From Azolla caroliniana (taxonomy: Eukaryota; Plantae; Polypodiophyta): a stretch of DNA of 64,000 nt. Made by a program: the position numbers and the translations under genes. Under the pieces are notes generated by a model. That model worked only from the letters and a program-made list of their open reading frames with translations. It was not told the DNA's origin and made no database searches. The stretch's first letter is position 1, and every line of letters begins with the position of its first letter. Shown in pieces: positions 44,701 to 54,800 of the stretch. The DNA is taken from NCBI GenBank assembly GCA_043228905.1, contig JBHGNT010000009.1, positions 20,522,001-20,586,000 on the forward strand. Direction: 5' to 3'.

Positions 44701-45240
44701 CGTCTCGTCGGTGAAGGTGTGTCCTATGCAGGCCGGATCTCGTAGACTAGGGTCCGATGCAACCCCTTTGATTCTCGACGCGCTGTCCTCCGGTAGGGGT
44801 GCCGCGACTGGCCTTACCTTCCGGTCCACAGTCTTGTACTTGGTGCCTACGTGGGCCGTCCGAACTGACTCGAGCCCTCGACCGAAGTCCGCGATGACTC
44901 CGTACATCCCCTCGGAACACACCGGTATCGTCCGGTCTTCGTTAAGGCCTTCTTCGACTACCTTCCCCAGCATTCCCAAGGTGTCGTCGAATGAGACCGC
45001 CTCCACGGCTCCGTTGATTTCCTCGTCAGGGCCGAGAACTCCGCACGCTCGAAGTCTCCCCTCCGCCTTTGTCTTCTCTCGGCCGCCGATGCCGACTATC
45101 GTACACGCTCCGCTGTCGGAGAACAAAAATTCCCTACCTATGGTACAAGGTTTCTTTGGTTTTATCGTACAGGTGTGGGGGTTTCCCGGGGTGTCCGGAC
45201 TGTCGCGGCCCCACGCCTTGGCAGCCCTCTCTAAAAATCC
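41743..45240 (-). CDS. pol: B Pol (RT-RNase H-INT), in the -1 frame relative to gag
   Basis: 1127-aa ORF, open upstream to the slippery site; FLDD, TVDTS, HHCC and DDE-type integrase, WFGPY. Confidence 0.94.
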   Translation of the reverse strand, partial: GFLERAAKAWGRDSPDTPGNPHTCTIKPKKPCTIGREFLFSDSGACTIVGIGGREKTKAEGRLRACGVLGPDEEINGAVEAVSFDDTLGMLGKVVEEGLNEDRTIPVCSEGMYGVIADFGRGLESVRTAHVGTKYKTVDRKVRPVAAPLPEDSASRIKGVASDPSLRDPACIGHTFTDETLRELKIGGGGFLLPAEEDRFRGMLGRHGKAFAFSPEEIGCVDPTIVEPMVIFTVPHVPWNLKPIPVPRAHIPKLMELLRQKVDMGILEPSSAPYSNRWFTVPKKNGSLRFIQDLQPVNRVTIRNAGIGPTIDEFAEAFAGRSIYSVGDLYSGYDQFQLAVDSRDITTMRTPLGLVRMCTLPQGGTNSVAHMVNAMNKVLRDCIPDITMPFLDDIPIKGCPVEEKDETIGPDGCRRFVATHIDDCEKVLQRLEDARLTFSGEKSAFGQSEIMVVGHLCGPYGRKPSPAKVEAISAMKPDCSSVTEVRRFLGACAFYHIWVPHYAHVAEPLYGLLKRGRRFEWLDEHAESVRKLKEALAAAPALRKAVYGKGTPVFITVDTSPTGIGWVVNQEDEDGNRFPIRFGAKVLSERQRGYAQVKRELWGIVSAVKADKDYLIGTEVIIETDCLPILGMVSGCATPDLAMLRWIAYIKSLDPEIRHISGKDNAMADMLSRARFDDEGGMVSEDEEVGVDFFEAAYITTGGMNTPALNEFDASKYDGEWLQIGGFLKTMTPDASWTKDEANRIRKKAYRFFLRDGHLWKHPKKRNGIPLRVVAMKEEQEELLTAYHDSPWAGHRGTWATFEKLKGKYWWPGLYRDVHRFVSTCESCQMHSIVRHRDGLRPTYPPTIHFKWMVDLVTMPMGVGQMRYLVLAREDLTNQVEGRALQNKTTAAVCRFLIEDVVCRYGCVGKIVADRGELDTEEAAELFDRLGVKLSLTTAYNPEANGKVERGHGPIVKALVRACGGQVGNWPRLLPYALWADRTTHSSVTGYMPTELMFGQKPIMPVERTISSWATVDWRDEMSREELLAARIRQLERRPEDVELATEKLRVARTKNKARFDRTHRLRPKKIDEGDWVLVYDSSLDNQHRATRKFAQRWFGPYTVQSANDNGTYHLAELDGTRIAIPVAGKRIKAFKKRHDDEPDPILLDNSDDRSEAEEGPAGEE
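45175..45240 (-). promoter_or_regulatory. Predicted -1 ribosomal frameshift signal of B (equivalent in A at 32176-32241)
   Basis: G GAT TTT immediately before the gag TAG, 6-nt spacer, stems GG(A/G)CTG/CAGTCC and GTGGGG/CCCCAC. Confidence 0.8.
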
Positions 45241-47384
45241 TCTCGGTTATCGGAACCGAGGGAGTCGCGGTTACGCTCGTGGTTCGGCCTAACCGTCAAA
45301 AACTGGACCGAATGGCGCCCGTCCTGGCTCTTGACCCGCGCATAGGCCGAACCATTGTCCAGCACCTTGGTCTCCATTCGCGCCGCCGTGATGTACGGCT
45401 CTCCCAGAATGACCGGATGCGAAGACGTCTCCTGCACGAAGAAGTGCTGGTCAATCTCGACGTCGCCGATCTTGACTCGCACATTCGGACAGGCCCCGTG
45501 CAGTTCCTCGGTGGCGCGCGTTGCTGCCCTTATTTTCCACCCGTGCTTGGTGTTGATCGGCCATTTGCCCTTCTTATAGAAGTCCATGGACATCAAATTG
45601 ATCTCCGATCCGTGGTCCACCAAAGCTATCACCGGTTCCTGGACATCGCCGATCTTCACCGGGGTTTCCGTGGTCGCTCGGGCCCAGTGCGGTCTCGAAT
45701 AGTGGCTTTCCGCCCACTCGTCTCCCAGCGCCATGTCGTCTAGGTGCGTCGTCCGCACTTCCACCAGTCTTTCCGGTTCTGTCTCCGTTGACAGCCTCTT
45801 CCGTTTCACCAAGTCCACGATGGAGTCGTGGAACTCCTTCTTGGCGATTCCCAGCACTTCCCGTAGCGACAGCTCCACCTTGCTGTCGAGGATCCGTTCC
45901 TCCAGGACCTTTCGTAAGTCCGTGGTTCTTTCTATCTCCGTCCCCAGACGGTACCCGCCCTTCTGGGGTTTATCTTGCGTACCGGCCCCGCCGGCTCCGT
46001 CCCGTCGTGGCCCGGACCGGGTCTCGTATCGTTGTGAGGGCCCGGTCGTCCCGGGTTTCCCCACCCGCTTCTCTTCTACCAGAGCCTCGTAGTTCCAGCA
46101 AGCGGCTTCCACGAAGCCCGTCTTTTCCTCGACCGGGTCGCTCCACCCGGTCATCTCCTGTACCCGTTTCTCCGCACGGTCCGATTCCTCCCCTTTAAGC
46201 CTTGCACCGGCAAGGCCTTCCAGCATCGTCGGCCAGAATCCGGCTTTGCTTTCCCTTCGGGCCTCGCCGCCCCCGACTCGAATGCCGGCCGACGCCGAGT
46301 AGTGAACGGTTTCCGCGTGTCGGGCCGCCGCCTCTTCCATCAACCTTTTCATACCACCCTTTCCGTCGTTTCGGCTCAGGGCCCTTCGGGTGTCGCTGGC
46401 ATGCACCCGTCCTTCCCACAGGTACACCACCCTGTTCCTCAGCGCCTCCGCGAAGTCGCCGCAGTCCTTCCGAATGTGGCCGACTTCATCGCACCACATG
46501 CACCTGTTTCCTGCCGCCGGCCGTCGGTCACGAGCCGGTTCGCCTCCTTCCCTTCGGGCCTGCGCGATTTGGAGGTCCTTTATCGCCTTCGTCAATTCCT
46601 CCAGCGCCGCTCCTCCGGTTGAGCCTGTGACTACGCCGGTCGAAGCCGAACCGGTTTCCAACCACTCTCCGGTCCCTTCCTTTCGCACCCGTGGCGCTGG
46701 TTCGAACTTCCTTGCTGCGACCGAGCCCGACCCGGTCGCACCGTCATCCGCCCATTCTCGCCGTTTGTCGAAACGGCCACAGACCTTCCTGACAGCCGCC
46801 CAGTCGGTAGTGAGCCCGTCTTCGGTTTCTAGCAGGGCGCCCACGTGACTCCGATCCCTCTCGTCAACCGATTTGACGAACAGCAGGACCCGGCTTGTAT
46901 CCAGGACCATCCTGTCAAGCGCCGAAAGGCGTGCGAAGTTCTCCTCGAACTCCCGGAGGAGTGCCGAAGCGTTTCTTCCCTTCCCCGGGGACTCCACCCA
47001 TTCCATAAAGCTTCGCTTCGAAAGCCGGAGCGCGTCGTCCAGTCCGTATTTTTCCAGGAGCCGACCTTCGAACTCCTCCCAGGTACGGCTCTCCGTCCGC
47101 ACCTCGAGCACCTCCGCATGGATGCTCGGCATCGCTACTCGGGGAAATCCGGCAAGACGCCTTTCTTCCGGAATGTCCCGCATCAGCATCTCTGCACCGT
47201 AGGACGCCAAATACTTCGTGGCATCCTTCCCATCGAACCGGCCGATCGTGCCGACGACCGCCTCAATAGCTCTGTCGAGGGCACCGGTGCTCTCGCGCGC
47301 GTTTACAATCCGATCCACGGCCGAAGCCATGGCCTCTGCGAGATCCGACCCCCTCATTTCCTGCTCTTCTGCCGCCTCTTTCAC
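45231..47384 (-). CDS. gag: B Gag-protease (717 aa from GTG; first ATG at 47357)
   Basis: CX2CX4HX4C knuckle; ALVDHGSEIN and VILGEPY retropepsin-like motifs. Confidence 0.92.
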   Translation of the reverse strand: MKEAAEEQEMRGSDLAEAMASAVDRIVNARESTGALDRAIEAVVGTIGRFDGKDATKYLASYGAEMLMRDIPEERRLAGFPRVAMPSIHAEVLEVRTESRTWEEFEGRLLEKYGLDDALRLSKRSFMEWVESPGKGRNASALLREFEENFARLSALDRMVLDTSRVLLFVKSVDERDRSHVGALLETEDGLTTDWAAVRKVCGRFDKRREWADDGATGSGSVAARKFEPAPRVRKEGTGEWLETGSASTGVVTGSTGGAALEELTKAIKDLQIAQARREGGEPARDRRPAAGNRCMWCDEVGHIRKDCGDFAEALRNRVVYLWEGRVHASDTRRALSRNDGKGGMKRLMEEAAARHAETVHYSASAGIRVGGGEARRESKAGFWPTMLEGLAGARLKGEESDRAEKRVQEMTGWSDPVEEKTGFVEAACWNYEALVEEKRVGKPGTTGPSQRYETRSGPRRDGAGGAGTQDKPQKGGYRLGTEIERTTDLRKVLEERILDSKVELSLREVLGIAKKEFHDSIVDLVKRKRLSTETEPERLVEVRTTHLDDMALGDEWAESHYSRPHWARATTETPVKIGDVQEPVIALVDHGSEINLMSMDFYKKGKWPINTKHGWKIRAATRATEELHGACPNVRVKIGDVEIDQHFFVQETSSHPVILGEPYITAARMETKVLDNGSAYARVKSQDGRHSVQFLTVRPNHERNRDSLGSDNREDF

Positions 47385-47397
47385 GTCGGGTTCACCA
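47380..47397 (-). promoter_or_regulatory. tRNA-Trp primer binding site of B (same 18-mer in A 34381-34398 and F 52578-52595)
   Basis: TGGTGAACCCGACGTGAA is complementary to the plant cytosolic tRNA-Trp 3' end UUCACGUCGGGUUCACCA (recalled sequence). Confidence 0.85.
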
Positions 47398-49838
47398 AGA
47401 TGTCGGGGTTGCTACGCCTTTGCGTGCAGAAAGGAGGAGGGACCACGGGGGTCTTGGACCGAAGAGCAAGAGAGAGCGGAGTAAGAGAGAGACCCGATTA
47501 CACAGAACCGAAGATTGCACAGGGACACGGCCCAACAAACAGAGATCACAAACAAACGTCGACACAGATGGACGCAACAACGAAAGATATGTACTTATGA
47601 ATGCAAGAAAATAACAGACCAAAGTATTACAACCCACGGTGGGGCACGGAATAGATACTAACGAGAACGGACGGGGCGGCGAACAGATGCCGACCCCTGT
47701 ATGTCGCGACGCACAGAAAGGGGAACAGGTCGGAGGTGCGGCAGGACGCACTCGGGGCGTTCCACGGAACAGCGCAAGCCTCCTCGAAACCTGCACAGGT
47801 ACGCGATGGAGCAGAAGACAGAGAAAGCAGGAGTGAGAGAGAAGCTCCGGAGTCGGTTTGGCAGCACTTCGTCCTCTCCGCGCGAGATCCCCTTTTCTAT
47901 CCTTCCTCTTCCCTTTTATAGCCCGTCAAGAGGCCGTTTGGCATTAACTGCATACCAACCGAATCTGCCCACCTAGGATCCTCGTATGTACCTACTTCGT
48001 TCCTAGGTACTTCTTGGCGCGCGTGTGTGTAGAGCCGTTTCCCACGCCTTGTTCCTCCGATTCCTCTTGTGGGCTGTTTTCTTCACGACAACGTGAAGAC
48101 AAAAAGAAAACCAAAAGAAACGTTAGTACATATGCTCTGATACCAAATATTAGAGATTAGGTACTAAAGTAAGCATAAAATAAGGATATATCAATGATAG
48201 ATCTAGAAAGAATAGAGAGAAAAGAGAGAAAGAAGGGTGCCGATCCACCCGACCACCCCCGAGCGAAGGGATCGAGACGGACTCGAGCCTCGATCGGCGT
48301 CCCATACCACCGCCTTGGCGTCGAGTCGTACCTGGACGATAGCGCGCTTGCTACAAGAGTGGTTCCACTCACGGACAGAGTCTCGACGTAGTCAATGCAT
48401 GATGAAATGAGGATAGCTAGGCCTCTTATTTATAGTAATTCTCAAGGCCCCCAGCCATGTTCACACTTGGCCTCATGGGTTGTCTCAATCCCGAGGATTA
48501 AAAGTAATCCTCCCCTTCTTTAGACTCTTTGTTTAACCCTCACACTTATCCACGTGTATAGAATACTACGACAATTCTCACCACGGGATATTATATGGTC
48601 ATGCCCGTAACAACGGGGGTCTTGAACCGAAGAGCAAGCGAGGGTGGAAAGAGAGAGGACCGGTTACGCAGGACCGGGGATGCATAGGGACACGGCCCTA
48701 CAACACAGAGAACGCGAATAGACGCCGACACAGGTAGACGCAAACAAATGAATATATATATATATAAATGAGCAAATGTCTGATCAAGAAGCTACAACCC
48801 GCGATGGGGCACAGGATGGTTACAACCGAACAGGCCGGCGAACAGATGCCGATGCCTGTTCGCTGCGTCGCACAAAAGGGACCAGGTCGGAGGTGCTGCC
48901 GGAAGCACTCGGGCGTTCCTCGAAACAGCGCGAGCCTCCTCGAAAGCCTGCACAGGAAAGCTATGGAAAAGAAGAAGGAGAACAGAGAGAGAAGCGCCCA
49001 GGATCGGTCCGACAACACTTCGTCCTCTCTGCGCGCGATCCTCTGTTCCTTCCCGTCCTTTTCCTTTTATCGGTCAAGAAGGAGCCGTTTCGTATTAAAT
49101 TCCCACCTACCGTATCTAACCACTTCGATCCTCCTAGGTACCTAATTCGCCTCTATGTACAACTTGGCGCGCACGCGCGTGAAGAGCCGGTTCCCACGTC
49201 TTGGTGCCCCAATTCCACCCTTGGACGGTTTTCTTCACGACAACGTTCCCTTCAATTGTCCCTCGTTCCCGTGGTTATTATTTTTATTATTTTATTATTT
49301 TATTAATTTAATTTATTTTTAATGTCGACCCCCTTTCCTCTCTCACACCATTCCTTCCCTCCACCCCCTTTCCCCATCTCTCTGTTAGGCACCCTTGGAT
49401 CGCCACCTCCGACGTTCCTGCTCCTACTCCATCGGTCACTTGCCCCGGCCGCCGGCTCGTCTCCTCCATACCCTGCTTTCCCACGCCTTAGGTAGGCCCT
49501 CCCTCACTCCTCTCGTTTTGCCATACTTGCATTTCGCCCCTCTGGGGCGGTCGTGGCCGCCGCCACATCGTTTTGCATTTCTCCCATGGCGGCCATAACC
49601 GCCGCCCCGTTGCTGCCCTCTCCTCCCGTCACCGGCCCATTACGAGCCACAACCACGTCGCCCCGTTGCCGTGGCGACCATAACCGTCGCCCCGTCGCCG
49701 CCTCCCCTCCCCATGGCGCTGCCCGTTAACGAGACCACACGGTCTCGACGTTTTTCGTTCCCCCCGAGGCGGCCGTTTCAGTAACCCCGTCCTTTTCAAA
49801 CCCCCACGTCACTGGCCGTTCACAGAACACTCCGCCTC

Positions 49839-50219
49839 GTGGTTCGAGGAGCCCAACCCCTTGAACCACACAGTGTTCGAGGAGCTCCACTCCTTGAACC
49901 ACACGCAACCCAACTCCTCGAACCACACAGTGTTCGAGGAGCTCCACTCCTTGAACCATACGTAGCCCAACTCCTCGAACCACACAATGTTCGAGGAGCC
50001 CAACCCCTCGAACCACACAATATTCGAGGAGCTCCACTCCTTGAACCACACGCAGCCCAACTCCTCGAACCACATAGTGTTCGAGGAGCTCCACTCCTTG
50101 AACCACACGCAACCCAACTCCTCGAACCACACAATGTTCGAGGAGCCCAACCCCTTGAACCACACGCAACCCAACTCCTTGAACCACACGTTGTTCGAGG
50201 AGCCCAACTCCTCGAACAC
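49839..50219. repeat. Tandem array of alternating inverted motifs in the G 3' region
   Basis: Repeated GTTCGAGGAG and CTCCT(C/T)GAACCACAC modules. Confidence 0.92.
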
Positions 50220-51895
50220 GTAACTCTTAGTTTTTGAGTTACTACGTAGTTATTTGACCTACTTGATTAGGACTCCACTTCCCGATCTGTTTAAAAAAAC
50301 AAAGAAAAAAAAAGAAAAAGAAAAAGAAAAGAGGAATCTATTAAAACTACCCGAACTTGTTGATTCATCACCAAAATTAACTATACTAATATTTTTCCTC
50401 GCAGGTTGCAAACGATGACGTCTCCCCAATTCATCAAACTCCTCCACGCATACTACCCCGACGCAGGGTGCGGTTCCTTAGTCATTCCAGCGGTGTTCAA
50501 CAACACCTGATGTACTTACCGGGTCCCCACGGCTGGCACGCAACTCAAGTACCTCGAACCCAACGTTGTCGAGTTGTTACGCTCTATGCGTGCGAAAGAG
50601 GCGGGACCGCGGGGGCCTTGAACCAAGGAGCGTGAGAAAGAAGAGAGAGAGAGAGAGAGAGAGAGCACAATTTGTAGAAACACAGAGGGCGAAAGAGAGA
50701 GAGAGAGAGAGCAAAGTCTTAATTACGATTACAACCAGCAAGCCGACAACGTACCCAACTCAGGCGAACACACACGCCACACGATGCGCCGTAAGCACAC
50801 GGGCTGTCCACGAAGCAGCGGCAACTCAGACCGAAATCTTGTAGAGAATGACAAATGATGGAGGAGAGAGCTCGGTCCCAGTCCGGCAGCACCTCGTCCT
50901 CGCTCTCCAAAACGCTATCTCTATACCTCACTTCTCCCTCTCTTTTATAGCCCAAGGAGGGAGGCCGTTACCACTTGTTACATCATGTTTATTCCCTGTC
51001 CTTTTGGACAGGGATACGCCTTGATTTCCTCCCTACCGAATGCGTATTGCATCGGATTTCGCCTCAGGCGTCTTGTACCTACCTACGTACTATACCACAA
51101 AACTTGTGCCCACGTGTAAGGGCCAGTTTACGCATGTTATACCCGGTTTCCGCCTAGGGACGGTTTTCTCCACGACATCCGCCCCCACCAAACTGTGCAT
51201 CCACCGGTATGCGCCAAAATTAGACTCCTGCCGGAGAAGACCGGCCCACATTTATCCTTCGTCTTCCGGGTCGGCATCCGTTCTGAGCCGGTCGTTGTCG
51301 CTATCTAGGTCGTCTGGGTCCGATTCAGCCTCATGCCGCTTTTTGAAGGCTTTGATCCTTTTCCCCGCCACCGGTACCTCCATCCTTGTCCCGTCGAGCT
51401 CTGTGAGATGGTAGGTCCCATTGTCGTTGGCGCTCGTCACCGCATAAGGCCCGAACCACCTTCTTGCAAACTTCCGCGTTGCCCGGTGCTAGTTGTCGAG
51501 GCTGCTGTCATACACTAGGACCCAGTCGCCTTCCTCGACCTTCTTCGGCCTCAATCGGTGAGTCCGGTCGAACCATCCTTTGTTCTTTACCCTCGCCACC
51601 CGTAGCTTCTCCGCGGCTTGGTCCACGTCCTCCGGTCTTCGTTCCAGCTGACAAATCTGTGCCGCTAACAGCTCCTCCCGGCTCATCTCGTTGTTCCAGT
51701 CCACCGTGGCCCATGAGGAGATTGTCTGCTCCGTTGGCATGATCGGCTTCTGCCCGTACATTAGCTCTGTCGGCATGAACCCGGTTACCGAACTGTGCGT
51801 AGTTTGGTCCGCCCACAACGCATAGGGTAAGAGCCGCAACCAGTTCCCGACATGGCCTCCACACGACCGTACCAACGCTTTGACGATCGGCCCGT

Positions 51896-54800
51896 TGTCG
51901 TGAAGATTTTCGTCCATAGGCGGAAAACCGAGCGAAGTAAGCAAACCCGCGATGTGCAACGTTGCACATCAAGATGTTGTATTTCTATTTGTCGATAGTG
52001 GTAAGTGTGGTGCTAGAAATGCACCTTAGGATTTGTAAAGTGTAAAGGTGATGTGCTTTTGCGCGCACATCCACGTGAGAGAGAGAGATAGGTACATAGT
52101 AGTTCGTGTAGAGGTGGGAGTTAAGACCCATCCTTCCCACCTCCCCTAAAATCAAGGGAAATATCCCCATTGATTGAAAGGGGATATTTTGTAGCACCTT
52201 TATGTAACGGTCTTCCCTCCTTGTGCTATAAAGGGAGAGGAAGAGCACCATTGTGGGGGTTGCCTTATTTTGAGTGTGAGTGAGGTATACCATTTCGTTT
52301 AGGGTTCCTTAGTTAGGGTTTCTTTTCTTCTTCGTCGGATTAGGGTTTTCGGGTTTATCATAGTCGTTCGGTGCGGCCTACGCGGCCGCCATTTTGTAAT
52401 CGGTTTCGTTTCTAATATATCTTGTTGAGCATTTGGCCTCCATCTTCCTCTTGTTCATTCTTCCTCTTCTTGTGCTAAGCTCCATTTCGAAGTCCTATTC
52501 CTTCTCCCCTTCTCCTTAGTCCGAGACCCCCGTGGTTCCGCCCTTCTCCACGCACGCGCGTAACAACGCGACATCTTTGGTGAACCCGACGTGAAGGGCG
52601 GCAAGGGAGAAAGAGATGGAGGAAGGCTTCGACTTCGAGGAGATGATGACAAAGATCTTGATGGACGCCGGACGGAAGAGGGCGAGGCGAGAGGCGGCTC
52701 AACAAGCGGTCGAAAGGGTGGTCCGTCTAGTCGGCCGGTTCGATGGGAAGGAGGTCCCAAATTTTTTGAGAGCCTACGATGCGGAAATGACGGGGATGGG
52801 CGTGGACGAAGCGACGAGGCTAGAGTTCTTTCGTCGAGCGGCGGCCGCATCAAAGTACGAGGAGGTCAAGGAGCTCCAAGAAGCTCACGAATCGTGGGAG
52901 TCCTTTGAAGGGGCTCTAATGGAGGCATACGGGTGCGCGGAATCGGAGGTAAGAGGTCGGCGAGAGTTCGATCGGTGGGTGGCGTCGGCGAGGCGCCATC
53001 GGAGCGCAATGGAGGCATTCCGAGAGTTCGAGCGTCGTTTCTCTCAACTCTCGGAGTGGGAACGAAGATCGGTGGGGGCGGACAAAGTCCTCCTATTTTT
53101 GAAGACGGTCCATCATGAGGAGAGGATGGACATCACGTTCGAGCTTCAAGACGATTATGGGGCGCATGGTCTCACCGAGGAGTGGCCCGAAGTGGAATGG
53201 GTGTGTCGGCAACATGAGGCGAGGCGGTCGGCCACAACACGGCCCGCGAGCGGGGGAGAAGAGAGAGCGACGACCAACTACGCCATGCCGCCGGACGAGA
53301 GCTCATCGCGAACCGGTTTGGAGGGGCTCGACCTACAAGCGCTAATACGGGAGGCGTGCGGGCTCGTAATAACGAAAATCGAAGCCGAAGAATGGCTTAT
53401 TGCGGGGTCGGGCCCGAGCGGATCGGAGGACGCGGAGGAAGGAGCTTCCTCACACATGGAGGACGGGGCCTATGCGGAGGCCGAAAGAGAATGGTACATC
53501 GGTACCACGGGAGAGGGTGCGGAGCGAGCCGCCCTCTCGACATGGGGGGAACGAACGACCGAGGACGAGGTCGGGGACGGTGAGGCGGCGATCGCCGATT
53601 CGAGCGGACATGGCGGATTCGGGACATGGTGGCCCGAATCATCGAGTACGGAGGAGACAAGCGGCGGTACCGCAACCTTCCACGCACCGGTTCAAGAGAC
53701 CCCGGCGGCCGGCCCGAGCGCCCGCGTGAGACCGAGGGAAAAGCACGGTGGCGGCGGCAAGGCGGGCAACCGAGACAACGGTAAGGAGACCGCGGAAGAG
53801 GCGGCGGCAAGCATAACCGATGCTTGCATATACGGAGGCGGGGTAGCCACGGACAACGACGTCCGAGCGGAGGTGGCTACGGACATTACATCGACGAGCG
53901 GCGGTCCCGCGACCTTACACGCGTCATTCCTAGAGATCACGGCGGCCGGCCCGAGTGCCCGCGTAAGACCTATGGTGAAAGGCGGTGGCGGTGGCAAGGC
54001 GGGCGACCACGGCGTCGACACGAGAGAAGGTGCGGAGCAAGCGACCGTCTCATCTCGGGGAAAAAGAACGGCCATGGACGAGGCCGATATCTACGGAGCG
54101 ATGGACGCCACTTCGAGAGTGGGCGGAAGTTTCGGGACGCGGTTGCCCGAAACGTTCTACGAGGATTTCGCGAGCATACTCGAGGCTTGCGAAATGGAGG
54201 AGGAAGACGAAACGAGCGATGGTGTCGCGACCTTCCACACACCGGCCCTAGAGGCTTCGGCGGTCGGCCCGAGTGCCGGCACGAGACTTAGAGCTACGGG
54301 TGGTGGCGGCGGCAAGGCGGACAACCGAGATGAGGACGAGACCGGCGAAGAAGAGGCGGCGGCAAGCATACTCGATGCTTGCGAAACCGAAGACGGGGTA
54401 GCCACGGACGACGATGTCCGAATGGAGGTGGCTACGGACGAGAGGAGTGGTGGTGTCGCGACCTTCCACACACCGGTCCTAGAGACTCCGGCACCCGGCC
54501 CGAGAGCCGGCGAGAGGCCTAGAGTGACGGACGGTGGCGGCGGCAAGGCGGGCAACCGAAACGACGACGACATGGGAGAGGGTGCGGAGCGAGCAACCCT
54601 CTCGTCTTGCGGCGAATGGACGGCCAAGGATGAGGCCGGTGACTACAAAGCGGAGAGCGCCACTTCGAAAGTGGGCGGAAGATTCGGGGCACGGCGGCCC
54701 AAAACATCGAGCGGAGAGGAGGCGAGAGGTGGTGCCGCGACCTTCCACGCACCGGCCCTAGAGGCTTCGGCGGTCGGCCCGAGTGCCGGCACGAGACCTA

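Larger units (their letters stand above)
40981..48090 (-). mobile_element. Element B: intact GC-rich Ty3/Gypsy, 7110 bp. LTRs 40981-41670 and 47401-48090 (690 bp); TSD ACGT.
   Basis: LTRs identical by eye; ACGT at 40977-40980 and 48091-48094; PBS and PPT present; both ORFs open. Confidence 0.97.
34450..48612 (-). mobile_element. Element C: chromoviral Ty3/Gypsy. LTRs 34450-34914 and 48148-48612 (465 bp); TSD ACGGG; inserted in the 5' LTR of A.
   Basis: TSD at 34445-34449 and 48613-48617; iMet PBS TGGTATCAGAGCA (48133-48145); PPT AAAGAGGGGGAG; 2 LTR differences seen. Confidence 0.96.
22561..49242 (-). mobile_element. Element A: GC-rich Ty3/Gypsy. 3' LTR 22561-23233; 5' LTR split into 34402-34449 and 48613-49242; TSD ACGT.
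   Basis: TGTCG...CGACA termini; ACGT at 22557-22560 and 49243-49246; PBS 34381-34398; PPT at 23234-23250. About 8 LTR differences counted by eye. Confidence 0.95.
13291..50566 (+). mobile_element. Element G: Athila-like non-chromoviral Ty3/Gypsy. Own sequence 13291-22560 and 49247-50566; 3' LTR not seen.
   Basis: 5' LTR 13291-13858 (TGTTAAG...CTTAACA), PBS, gag, and PR-RT-RH-INT domain order. Split by element A (ACGT TSD). Confidence 0.85.

Noticed and set aside
49250-50560. env-like ORF expected in an Athila-like 3' region
   Set aside because: Only short or repeat-derived ORFs are present, and the region is cut by element E.
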